NCBI GenBank assembly: GCA_902770735.1
Contig: CACXUB010000002.1
Location: forward strand, 1-61,903
Direction: 5' to 3'
From: an uncultured Bacteroidota bacterium
GTDB lineage: Bacteria; Bacteroidota; Bacteroidia; Bacteroidales; WCHB1-69
DNA: 61,903 bases
The stretch's first letter is position 1. Every line of letters starts with the position of its first letter. This document shows positions 54,445-61,903 of this stretch, piece after piece. Position numbers and translations under genes: made by a program. The notes under the pieces are model-generated. The model did no database searches. It saw only the letters and a list, made by a program, of their open reading frames with translations, and had not been told where the DNA came from.

Positions 54445-56160
54445 ATGAGAAAACTCTTCCTGACCGGTCTGACCATGCTGCTCCTGAGTGCAGTGTTTGC
54501 CCAAAACGAGCAGATTCACTACGACATTCATCCGAAGTTCCCGCATCATGCCACGGCGGAGGAACAAATGATGATTCCCTTCCTGTCGCAGCAAGCGCAC
54601 CTCCGCGATGCCATATATCCCGCCGCACCCGCCACGGCCGTGGCCGAGTTCCAGCCCATGGGCGGCGTGATGATCGCCTACCCGCTCGGCATCCCCGTGT
54701 CGCTCGTGCGCGAACTGTCGCAAGTGACTCAGGTGCGCGTACTCGTGAACTCGGCTTCCGACAGCAACCAAGCCAAAACCTACTTCAACAGCCAGCAGGT
54801 GAACATGGCCAACGTGCAGTTCTGGAAAATCCAACACGACTCCTACTGGACCCGCGACTACGGCCCATGGTTCGTCATCGACGGCAACGACTCGGTGGGC
54901 GTGATCGATTTCGTCTATAATCGTCCGCAACGCCCGAACGACGATGCAGCACTGGAAGAGGTGACCGAACGCCTGGGCGTGAGCCGCTACGAGATGCCCC
55001 TGGTCCACACCGGCGGCAACTACATGGTTGACGGCTACGGCACCGCCGCCTCCACCCTGTTGGTGCTCCAGGAGAATCCCGCCGAAACGGAATCCTCCAT
55101 CCTGTCCATGACCCATAACTACCTCGGCATCGACAACTACATGATGCTCCCCGACCCGCTCGGCGAATACATCGCCCACATCGACTGCTGGGGCAAGTTC
55201 CTCGATGTGGACAAGGTACTGATCGGACAGGTGCCGGTCAACGACCCGCGCTACAGCAACTACGAGGATGTGGCGCAAACCTTCGCGAACGCCGTGACTC
55301 CGTGGGGCAACCATTACCAAGTGTTCCGCGTCTATGCCAACCCGAACGCCAACAAGGCCACACCCTACACCAACTCGCTGATTCTCAACGACAACGTGTT
55401 CGTCCCCGTCACGGGCAACTCGCACGACAACGAGGCCATCGCGGTGTATGAGCAAGCCATGCCCGGTTACACCATCGTGCCGATCATGCAGAGCAACTAC
55501 ACGCCCTGGCAGAGCACTGACGCCCTGCACTGCCGCACCCATGAGCTCGCCGACCTCGGCATGCTCTACCTGAAACACTTCCCGCTTTTAGGTGAAAAAT
55601 CCATCAGCGAACCACTTGATATCTCCGTGAATATCAATGCGTTGAGCGGCGCAAACTTGGTGACAGACTCGCTGCTGGTCTATTTCCGCATCAACCACGG
55701 CGACTGGCAGAATGCTACGCTGCAACACACGTCCGGCGACGAATTCACGTTCAGTTTCACTTCCATAAACTACGCCTACCAGAATGGTGACTCCGTGGAA
55801 TACTATCTCTTTGCCAAGGACGAGTCAGGCCGGGTGGAGAAACATCCGTACATCGGGGCCGCCGACCCGCACGTCTTCTCCATCGGCGGAGTCGGAATTG
55901 CGGAGCGGGCGCCGCATCATTTGCACGTGTGGCCGAATCCCGCCACCGACCTGCTGTACGTCGCATTGGACGGCAATGCGGACATCGTGAATGCGATGTT
56001 GTATGATTTGCAGGGACGGGTTGTTGAGACGTGCCATGGTGCGTCTCTACAGAGCGGTTCCGCCACGCTGAACGTGAAAGACCTCCCCGCCGGCATGTAC
56101 CTATTGCATTTGACCGACGCCGACGGCAACGAATACCATCAGAAAATCGTGAAAAAATAA
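54445..56160 (+). CDS. Secreted Porphyromonas-type deiminase (PF04371 agmatine deiminase/PPAD family) with a T9SS type-A C-terminal domain
   Basis: 571 aa. Signal peptide, DSYWTRDYGPWF, HTGGNYMVDGYG, IAHIDCWGKFL, TDALHCRTHE (Cys nucleophile), Ig-like region, C-terminal ..LYDLQGRVV..LNVKDLPAGMYLLHL... Confidence 0.8.
   Translation: MRKLFLTGLTMLLLSAVFAQNEQIHYDIHPKFPHHATAEEQMMIPFLSQQAHLRDAIYPAAPATAVAEFQPMGGVMIAYPLGIPVSLVRELSQVTQVRVLVNSASDSNQAKTYFNSQQVNMANVQFWKIQHDSYWTRDYGPWFVIDGNDSVGVIDFVYNRPQRPNDDAALEEVTERLGVSRYEMPLVHTGGNYMVDGYGTAASTLLVLQENPAETESSILSMTHNYLGIDNYMMLPDPLGEYIAHIDCWGKFLDVDKVLIGQVPVNDPRYSNYEDVAQTFANAVTPWGNHYQVFRVYANPNANKATPYTNSLILNDNVFVPVTGNSHDNEAIAVYEQAMPGYTIVPIMQSNYTPWQSTDALHCRTHELADLGMLYLKHFPLLGEKSISEPLDISVNINALSGANLVTDSLLVYFRINHGDWQNATLQHTSGDEFTFSFTSINYAYQNGDSVEYYLFAKDESGRVEKHPYIGAADPHVFSIGGVGIAERAPHHLHVWPNPATDLLYVALDGNADIVNAMLYDLQGRVVETCHGASLQSGSATLNVKDLPAGMYLLHLTDADGNEYHQKIVKK
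56023..56050. repeat. 28-bp palindrome-family copy inside the deiminase CDS
   Basis: GTTGAGACGtgccatggtgCGTCTCTAC. 29/31 identical to the minus-strand reading of the 12867-12894 copy. Encodes ..VETCHGASLQ.. in frame. Confidence 0.85.
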
Positions 56161-56268
56161 GGTTAAGCAGATCCTGATTCCGCTAAACTTCAGTCCTAAA
56201 CCCTAATCAAAAAAAATCGTATCTTTGCCGCCTTTATCAAGAAAGTATGTCAAAAAACCGATAACCCA

Positions 56269-58032
56269 ATGAAAAATAAAGTCATTGTCGCTGTTTTCAG
56301 CCTGTTAACCGTGGGAACCGCCCTCTTCGCGCAAACCCCGAACAAACATTACCAGCAAGACAAAACCAAAATGGACCAACTGTTCAACGCCATCAACGCC
56401 ATGTACGTGGATTCCGTTGACTTCGACCCGCTGACCGACAGGGCCATCGACGAGATGCTCAAAGAGCTGGACCCGCACACCGCCTACATCCCCGCCAAGG
56501 ACGTGGCCGCCATGACCGAACCCCTGCAGGGCTCCTTCGACGGCATCGGCGTGACCTTCCAGCTCATCAAGGACACCATCAACGTGATGGAGGTCATCAT
56601 CGACGGTCCGTCGGAAAAAGTCGGACTGATGGCCGGTGACAAGATCATCAAGGTCGATGACACCGTGGCGGTCGGCAAGAGCATCACCAACGACTGGGTA
56701 CGCAAGCACTTGCGCGGCAAAAAGGGCTCCAAGGTGAAAGTCACCGTGGTGCGCGGCCGCAAAAAAGAACCCATCGAGTTCATCATCACCCGCGGCGCCA
56801 TCCCGATGTACAGCATCAACGTCAGCTTCATGGCCGACTCGCTCACCGGCTACATCAAACTCGAACGCTTCGCCGCCACCTCCACCACCGAACTCAAAAA
56901 AGCCATCCGCAACCTGAAGGAACAAGGCATGAAAAACCTCATCCTCGACCTGCGTGGCAACGGCGGCGGCTACCTCAACGTGGCCTTCGAAATCTGCGAC
57001 CAATTCATCTCCGGCAAGCGCATGATCGTCTATACCGACAACTTCCGCAAAACCGGCGAAAAATACTTCTCCTCCGAAACAGGTCTCTTCGAAGAGGGCA
57101 AACTCATTGTGCTCGTCGATGAAAACTCCGCTTCCGCCTCCGAAATCACCTCCGGCTGCATCCAAGACTGGGACCGCGGATTGGTGGTCGGACGCAGAAC
57201 ATTCGGTAAAGGATTGGTACAGAAACCGTTACGTCTCATTGACCAATCCGAGGTGCGCCTCACCATCTCCCACTACTACACGCCCACGGGCCGCTGCATC
57301 CAAAAGCCTTACGACGACGGTCTCGACGCCTACTTCAAAGATCTGCAGACCCGCGCCAACAACGGTGAGTACTATACCGCCGAGAACATCAAGTTCCCCG
57401 ATTCCCTGAAATACAAGACCCCGCACGGCCGCGTGGTCTATGGCGGTGGCGGCATCATGCCCGACATCTTCATCCCGCTCGACACCACCAAATACTCCTC
57501 CTTGTACAATGAGATTGCCCGTAAAGGCGTGTTCGGCAGCTTCGCCGTCGATTATTTGGAGAACAACCGCGAAACCCTGCTGAAACAATATCCGAAATTC
57601 GAGGATTTCCAGAAAAATTACCAGATTTCCGACGAATTTTACCAAGAATTCATGCAATTCGCCAAAGAAGAAGGCGTGAGCGAAAAGGCTTCCTTCGTCT
57701 TCAGCGACTATGCCAACGCCTTCATCAAGGTGAACAAGAGCAAGCTGGATTCGATGTACAAGAGCACGGAAGAGTTTGACCAACAGACTTTTGACACGAT
57801 GTTCACGAACTATCTGAACAAGACGTATTCCGAAATGCAGCATCTGCGCAACGAAGAACACGCGGCGGAATTCATCAAAGAGTATCTGCGTTTTGAAATC
57901 GCGCGCGGCCTCTACGGCTACGGCGACGCCTACCGGATTTTCCTTGAAAGCGACGAGACGTTCCAACAGGCCGTCGAAATCATGCACGACAAGAAAATCT
58001 TCAAAAAATACAAGGTAGATTCGGGAAAATAA
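56269..58032 (+). CDS. S41-family C-terminal processing peptidase
   Basis: 587 aa. Signal peptide, PDZ region (..GLMAGDKIIKVD..), DLRGNGGGY, ..NSASASEI.., ..GLVQK.. Confidence 0.85.
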   Translation: MKNKVIVAVFSLLTVGTALFAQTPNKHYQQDKTKMDQLFNAINAMYVDSVDFDPLTDRAIDEMLKELDPHTAYIPAKDVAAMTEPLQGSFDGIGVTFQLIKDTINVMEVIIDGPSEKVGLMAGDKIIKVDDTVAVGKSITNDWVRKHLRGKKGSKVKVTVVRGRKKEPIEFIITRGAIPMYSINVSFMADSLTGYIKLERFAATSTTELKKAIRNLKEQGMKNLILDLRGNGGGYLNVAFEICDQFISGKRMIVYTDNFRKTGEKYFSSETGLFEEGKLIVLVDENSASASEITSGCIQDWDRGLVVGRRTFGKGLVQKPLRLIDQSEVRLTISHYYTPTGRCIQKPYDDGLDAYFKDLQTRANNGEYYTAENIKFPDSLKYKTPHGRVVYGGGGIMPDIFIPLDTTKYSSLYNEIARKGVFGSFAVDYLENNRETLLKQYPKFEDFQKNYQISDEFYQEFMQFAKEEGVSEKASFVFSDYANAFIKVNKSKLDSMYKSTEEFDQQTFDTMFTNYLNKTYSEMQHLRNEEHAAEFIKEYLRFEIARGLYGYGDAYRIFLESDETFQQAVEIMHDKKIFKKYKVDSGK

Positions 58033-58035
58033 GCC

Positions 58036-60051
58036 ATGATCAAGCAGAAGTCCATTGACAGTGTGATGGCCGCCGTCCGCATTGAAGAAGTGGTCGGCGA
58101 CTTCATCTCCCTGCGCAAACAGGGTCAGGACTTCGTGGGCATTTGCCCGTTTCACGACGACAAAAACCCCTCCCTGCACGTGAGCCCGCGCCTCGGCATC
58201 TACAAGTGCTTCGTGTGCGACGCCGCCGGCAACCCCGTGAAGTTCCTCATGGAGCACGAGAAGATGTCCTACCCCGAAGCGATCGAGTACCTGGCCAAGA
58301 AATACGGCATCCCGCTGGAATACGAGCGAAACGAAAGCGACGAGGAGCGGCAACAGCGCACCTTGCGCGAAAGTCTGCTGATTGTCAATGAGTTCGCCCA
58401 AAAGTTCTTCGTAAGCCAACTGCGCAACACCGAAGAGGGCAAACTCATGGGCATGTCCTATCTCAAAGAACGCGGCTTCAAGGACGCCACCATCGACAAG
58501 TTCGGACTCGGCTACTGTCCCGACGGCTGGGACAACTTCACCAAAGCCGCATTGGAAAAGGGCTACAAGGAAGAATACCTCATCGAACTCGGCCTGACTG
58601 GCAAATCGCAAAGCGGCAAGCTGTACGACATCTACCGCGGACGCGTGATCTTCCCGATTCATAACGATGCCGGCAAAATCATCGGCTTCGGCGGACGTAT
58701 CCTGAAAAAAGACGGCAAAGACCCGCGAAAATACGTCAACTCCCGCGAAAACACGATCTACCACAAGAGTGACACGCTCTACGGCATCTATTTCGCCAAA
58801 AACGCCATCCACAAGCAGCAAAACGTCTATCTTGTAGAGGGTTACACCGATGTGATCTCCATGCACGAGTCCGGCGTGGAGAACGTGGTGGCCTCCTCCG
58901 GCACATCGCTCACGCAAGGCCAGATCCGCATGATCACCAAACGCACCCAGAACATCACGGTGCTCTATGACGGCGATATGGCCGGCATCAAGGCTTCCAT
59001 GCGCGGCATCGACATGCTGCTCGAACAGGGGCTCAAAATCCGCGTCTGCCTCCTCCCCGACGGCGAAGATCCCGACTCCTTCGCTAAAAAACACCGGGAC
59101 AGCGAGTTGCAGGATTATTTGGCGAAAGAATCCAAAGATTTTCTGCTCTTCAAATCCGATATTCTGTCGAAAGAGGCGGGCAACGACCCGCTCAAGCGCG
59201 CCGACATGGTGAAGGAAATCCTGAAATCCATCAGCTGCGTGAAAGACAACATCGAACGAGCCTTCTATGTTAAGGAATGCGCTAAAATGTTCGACCTTTC
59301 GGAGGATGACCTCAACCTCAACCTGCGCCGACTCGTGTGGGAGAAAGCCAAAGGCCAGAGCCGGACCGTCCAACAGCAACAGCAAACGGGTGGAAGCGGG
59401 ACCGTCACGGTGGAACAACCGGAAACGCCCGGCATCATCGAGACGAAGAAACACCCAGAAATCACTCAGCAAACAACCGACTTGCTGTACGAAGCCGAAA
59501 AAGACCTCGTCTTACTGGTACTTAATTACGGTAACTACTTGATTTACGGAGCGAACCAGAACGAAGAGGAAGCCCCCAAAGAACTGCGGGTGGACCAATA
59601 CGTCTGCAACGAAATGATGAAGGAAGACATCCGTTTCCACTACCCGATGTTAGAGCGCATCTTCAACATGTACGCGGAATGGGCGGCTTACATCGGCAAC
59701 CAGGACCAGATCATCCGCAATTTCACGCTGTGCGACGACCCGCAAATCAGCGAATTTGTCATCCGCAACATCCCCGTGGAACCGCGCTTCAGCGAACACT
59801 GGCAAAAAAAGTACGACATCCACACGCACACCACGCGCAACAACCTCCGCATCCTTCAAAACCAGGTGCAAAACATCCTGCTTCTCTTGAAACTGCGAAT
59901 TTTGGAAAACGACGCGAACACTATACGTAAAATACTGGATAACAAGAATTTAGCAGAAGAAGACATGGGACTCGCCCTGGGGCAGCTAAACAAGATCCTC
60001 CAACTCAAAAAAATTATCTCCAAGCGATTGAATCGCGTGGTCAGCCGATAA
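58036..60051 (+). CDS. dnaG: DNA primase
   Basis: 671 aa. Zn-ribbon CPFHDDKNPSLHV..YKCFVCDAAG, RNA-polymerase core, TOPRIM LVEGYTDVIS..LYDGDMAG. Confidence 0.95.
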   Translation: MIKQKSIDSVMAAVRIEEVVGDFISLRKQGQDFVGICPFHDDKNPSLHVSPRLGIYKCFVCDAAGNPVKFLMEHEKMSYPEAIEYLAKKYGIPLEYERNESDEERQQRTLRESLLIVNEFAQKFFVSQLRNTEEGKLMGMSYLKERGFKDATIDKFGLGYCPDGWDNFTKAALEKGYKEEYLIELGLTGKSQSGKLYDIYRGRVIFPIHNDAGKIIGFGGRILKKDGKDPRKYVNSRENTIYHKSDTLYGIYFAKNAIHKQQNVYLVEGYTDVISMHESGVENVVASSGTSLTQGQIRMITKRTQNITVLYDGDMAGIKASMRGIDMLLEQGLKIRVCLLPDGEDPDSFAKKHRDSELQDYLAKESKDFLLFKSDILSKEAGNDPLKRADMVKEILKSISCVKDNIERAFYVKECAKMFDLSEDDLNLNLRRLVWEKAKGQSRTVQQQQQTGGSGTVTVEQPETPGIIETKKHPEITQQTTDLLYEAEKDLVLLVLNYGNYLIYGANQNEEEAPKELRVDQYVCNEMMKEDIRFHYPMLERIFNMYAEWAAYIGNQDQIIRNFTLCDDPQISEFVIRNIPVEPRFSEHWQKKYDIHTHTTRNNLRILQNQVQNILLLLKLRILENDANTIRKILDNKNLAEEDMGLALGQLNKILQLKKIISKRLNRVVSR

Positions 60052-60078
60052 CCTTCCAAGAATCAGTTTTTTACAAAA

Positions 60079-60112
60079 TAAAAAAACGGGAACAGTTGAT
60101 GTTCCCGTTTTT
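60079..60112. terminator. Bidirectional terminator shared by dnaG (+) and tRNA-Lys (-)
   Basis: A7-ACGGGAAC-agttgat-GTTCCCGT-T5. Confidence 0.7.
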
Positions 60113-60114
60113 CG

Positions 60115-60187
60115 TGTTCCAGCTGGGGCTCGAACCCAGGACCCCATCCTTAAAAGGGATGTGCTCTACCTGCTGAGCTACTGAAAC
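60115..60187 (-). tRNA. tRNA-Lys (anticodon TTT)
   Basis: Minus-strand fold: acceptor GTTTCAG/CTGGAAC, anticodon arm CATCC-CTTTTAA-GGATG, T arm CTGGG-TTCGAGC-CCCAG. 73 nt. Confidence 0.85.
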
Positions 60188-60207
60188 TCCATTCGTTTTT
60201 GAGGCTG

Positions 60208-60215
60208 CAAAAATA
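60208..60215 (-). promoter_or_regulatory. -7 box (TATTTTTG) for tRNA-Lys
   Basis: Minus strand reads AAAAAAAGTGTATTTTTGCAG, 21 nt before the tRNA 5' end. Confidence 0.6.
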
Positions 60216-60343
60216 CACTTTTTTTCGTTTAGGACTACCTTTTGTCTATAAAAAATTTTTTTGATTATAATTTATTATGAATCAGCATATTATAAAATTT
60301 TTATAGATGATTCGTTTTTTTTCGATTCGTTTTCAAAAATATG

Positions 60344-60351
60344 TATATTTG
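60344..60351 (+). promoter_or_regulatory. -7 box (TATATTTG) for the small-ORF pair
   Basis: Lies in the AT-rich spacer, 25 nt before ATG 60376. Confidence 0.4.
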
Positions 60352-60375
60352 CACAATAACTTATTGATTTCAAGT

Positions 60376-60501
60376 ATGTTAAAAACAAAAAACGGCAAAG
60401 AAAAAAACATAGGCAATTTCGCAGAAAAAGAAAGCGGAAGTGTCATTTTCCGCAAAAAAAGCTACGTCGACAAGAATCTCACCAAAAATACAAAACAATG
60501 A
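60376..60501 (+). CDS. Possible 41-aa Lys-rich micro-ORF
   Basis: ATG 25 nt after the TATATTTG box at 60344-60351. Stop overlaps the next ATG (ATGA at 60498-60501). Coding status unproven. Confidence 0.2.
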   Translation: MLKTKNGKEKNIGNFAEKESGSVIFRKKSYVDKNLTKNTKQ

Positions 60502-60752
60502 AAAAACTGATTTTGATGCCCCAAAAAGACACACTGACCATCTGTCTGCCACAAGACTGGGTCGGCAAGCCACTATTGTGCATTTTGCGTCATCCCGATG
60601 AAAAAAGCACATATCCGATTGAATCGGAGTTTATCTCTTCTGTCCGCGAAGAACGTATCGGTTATCATGTGATGCCAGCCCGACGGGTGAGGAGAAAGCC
60701 GCGAAAAAAGAGACTGAGACGTAAAAGAGGCGGCATCAGCCAGTTTCTTTAG
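60498..60752 (+). CDS. Hypothetical 84-aa protein with a strongly basic C-terminal tail
   Basis: MKKLILMPQKDTLTICLPQDWVGK.. then ..RRVRRKPRKKRLRRKRGG... AT-rich context. No family recognised. Confidence 0.35.
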   Translation: MKKLILMPQKDTLTICLPQDWVGKPLLCILRHPDEKSTYPIESEFISSVREERIGYHVMPARRVRRKPRKKRLRRKRGGISQFL

Positions 60753-60815
60753 AGGTCGATTGAATGTCTTGAAATATTTGCTATTTTTGCCGATTGAAAA
60801 TAATCGGCTGTCCCG

Positions 60816-61772
60816 ATGCAAAAAAGGTCGATAATAGCAACTAACCCTGTAAAAATGAAACTGACCCGCGAAAAAGGAAAGGAAATTTTCAAGACATACG
60901 CACTGATCATACTGGGCACGTTCATCATGTCCATCGGATTTGTGGTGTTCATCTCGCCGCTGAAACTGGCGCCGGGCGGGGTGTACGGCATCGCCATCAT
61001 CCTGCACCACGTGTTCAATTTCCCCATCGGTCTGTCGGGCATCTGCCTCGACCTGCCGTTGCTGCTCATCGGCACGTTGTGGCTGGGTCCGCGCTTCGGG
61101 GCGAAAACGCTGGTGGGCGTCATCACCCTGCCGGCGTTCATCTCGCTGTGGGAGAAGGTTTACGGCTACGCACCGCTGATCGCACTGCCGAGCGACCCCA
61201 TGACGCCCGACCCGTCAGCCACGTTCATCCTTGCCCTGTGCGGCGGCGTCATCATCGGCATCGGACTGGGCCTGATTTTCAAGACCCGCGCCACGTCCGG
61301 CGGTACCGACATCATCGCCATGATTATCGGCAAATACGTGAAACACATTCCGTTAGGCACCATCCTCATCTGTGTTGATTCCACCATCGTGTTGATTGCC
61401 CTGGCCGCCTTCAAAGACTGGACCATTCCGTTGTACTCCTGGTTGGTGATTTACGTGACGGGCATTGTGATGGACAAGGTCATCGCCGGCTTCCACAGCA
61501 ACAAGGCGGTGCTGATCATCTCAGAAAAGTACGAGGAGATCCGCCAGCGCATCTTCGACGAGCTCGACCGCGGCGGCACCTACCTCAACGGCGAGGGAAT
61601 GTACAACCACGATGAGAAAAAGATCATCTTCACCTCCATCTCCCGCAAACAGCTGCCGGTGCTCATCCACTTCGTCCACGAAATCGACGCCAAAGCTTTC
61701 GTCACCATCCTGGATGCCTCCGAAACGCTGGGTTACGGTTTCAATTCATTGAAAGAAAAGGCGTTAAATTAA
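60816..61772 (+). CDS. YitT-family membrane protein (with a DUF2179-like C-terminal domain)
   Basis: 318 aa. 5-6 TM helices (..ILGTFIMSIGFVVFISP..GG..G..), soluble C-terminus ..VLIISEKYEEI..GGTYLNGEGMY..FTSISR..VTILD... An alternative start exists at 60855. Confidence 0.8.
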   Translation: MQKRSIIATNPVKMKLTREKGKEIFKTYALIILGTFIMSIGFVVFISPLKLAPGGVYGIAIILHHVFNFPIGLSGICLDLPLLLIGTLWLGPRFGAKTLVGVITLPAFISLWEKVYGYAPLIALPSDPMTPDPSATFILALCGGVIIGIGLGLIFKTRATSGGTDIIAMIIGKYVKHIPLGTILICVDSTIVLIALAAFKDWTIPLYSWLVIYVTGIVMDKVIAGFHSNKAVLIISEKYEEIRQRIFDELDRGGTYLNGEGMYNHDEKKIIFTSISRKQLPVLIHFVHEIDAKAFVTILDASETLGYGFNSLKEKALN

Positions 61773-61903
61773 AGGCGCCCTGCAGAAAAAGAGTTTATAA
61801 ACGCCATTCTTGTGTTAAAATCGGTTAAAAATGCAGTTTTGGCCGGTTTTTGACGAGTCCTCAAGATTGTTGTAACGGATGTTTTACTACTTTTGCCGAT
61901 CGC

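Noticed and set aside
54388-55578. Long antisense ORFs in GC-rich genes (54388..55578-, 57229..59472-, 47137..48723+, 41483..42778+, 33748..34869-, 15027..16028+, 49998..50960+, 51459..52196+ and others)
   Set aside because: Each lies opposite a gene with unmistakable family motifs (deiminase, S41/DnaG, IF-2, TonB receptor, C69, HlyD, NusA, type-B cargo). Their products are low-complexity Gly/Arg/His/Val-rich. They are typical shadow ORFs of GC-rich coding DNA.
60789-60808. Hairpin GCCGATT-gaaaat-AATCGGC in the yitT-like leader as a riboswitch or attenuator
   Set aside because: It is only a 7-bp stem immediately after the -7 box, with no conserved riboswitch core recognisable. I left it unannotated.

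Overview
This window reads as a Bacteroidales-type chromosomal segment. Supporting signs are TAnnTTTG (-7) promoter boxes in front of most genes and all tRNAs, T9SS components and cargo, a Fib_succ_major protein and multi-FtsX efflux arrays. I call about 50 protein genes and 6 single tRNA genes (Glu-CTC, Arg-CCG, Asp-GTC, Gln-TTG, Arg-ACG, Lys-TTT). I found no rRNA, CRISPR array, transposase or integrase.

Left third (1-17.6 kb): a minus-strand TolC / HlyD / ABC-ATPase efflux locus with four paralogous ~790-aa double-FtsX (MacB-type) permeases. It ends in an AAA ATPase and the receiver domain of a response regulator that runs off the left edge. Two opposite-strand, lower-GC accessory units interrupt it: a DUF5674 two-gene cassette and an AAA_14/DUF4143 ATPase.

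The rest is mostly housekeeping: yggS, murB, AsmA-like, sufE, guaB, mreB, purE, an AddA-like helicase-nuclease, infB, nusA, dnaG and an S41 protease. Mixed in are T9SS items (porQ, a secreted PPAD-family deiminase with a type-A CTD, a large type-B CTD protein) and a Schlafen/AlbA_2-type ATPase next to tRNA-Asp.

Best leads from reading the DNA:
1. A duplicated ~115-bp regulatory module sits in front of both tolC-hlyD and the permease block. It consists of two 17-bp TGTAA-N7-TTACA palindromes 22 bp apart, a conserved ACAACCAG box, a sigma-54-like TGGCAY -24/-12 element and a 28-bp GTAGAGACG...CGTCTCTAC leader hairpin.
2. A dispersed family of 7-bp-periodic arrays (TAAnGGT/TAGnGGT, TGAYTTG, TAAGAAT, TAGCTnT/TGGCTnT) mostly starts exactly at stop codons. 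Several of them close all three reading frames.
3. The 28-bp palindrome family also occurs as a tRNA terminator and in frame inside a T9SS sorting domain.
4. Three isolated low-GC P-loop NTPase genes and two small translationally coupled cassettes of unknown function are present.
5. There is a recombination tract between two permease paralogs and a sharp GC break inside the type-B T9SS gene.

All family names come from motif recognition by eye. No database search, RNA folding or statistics were run.
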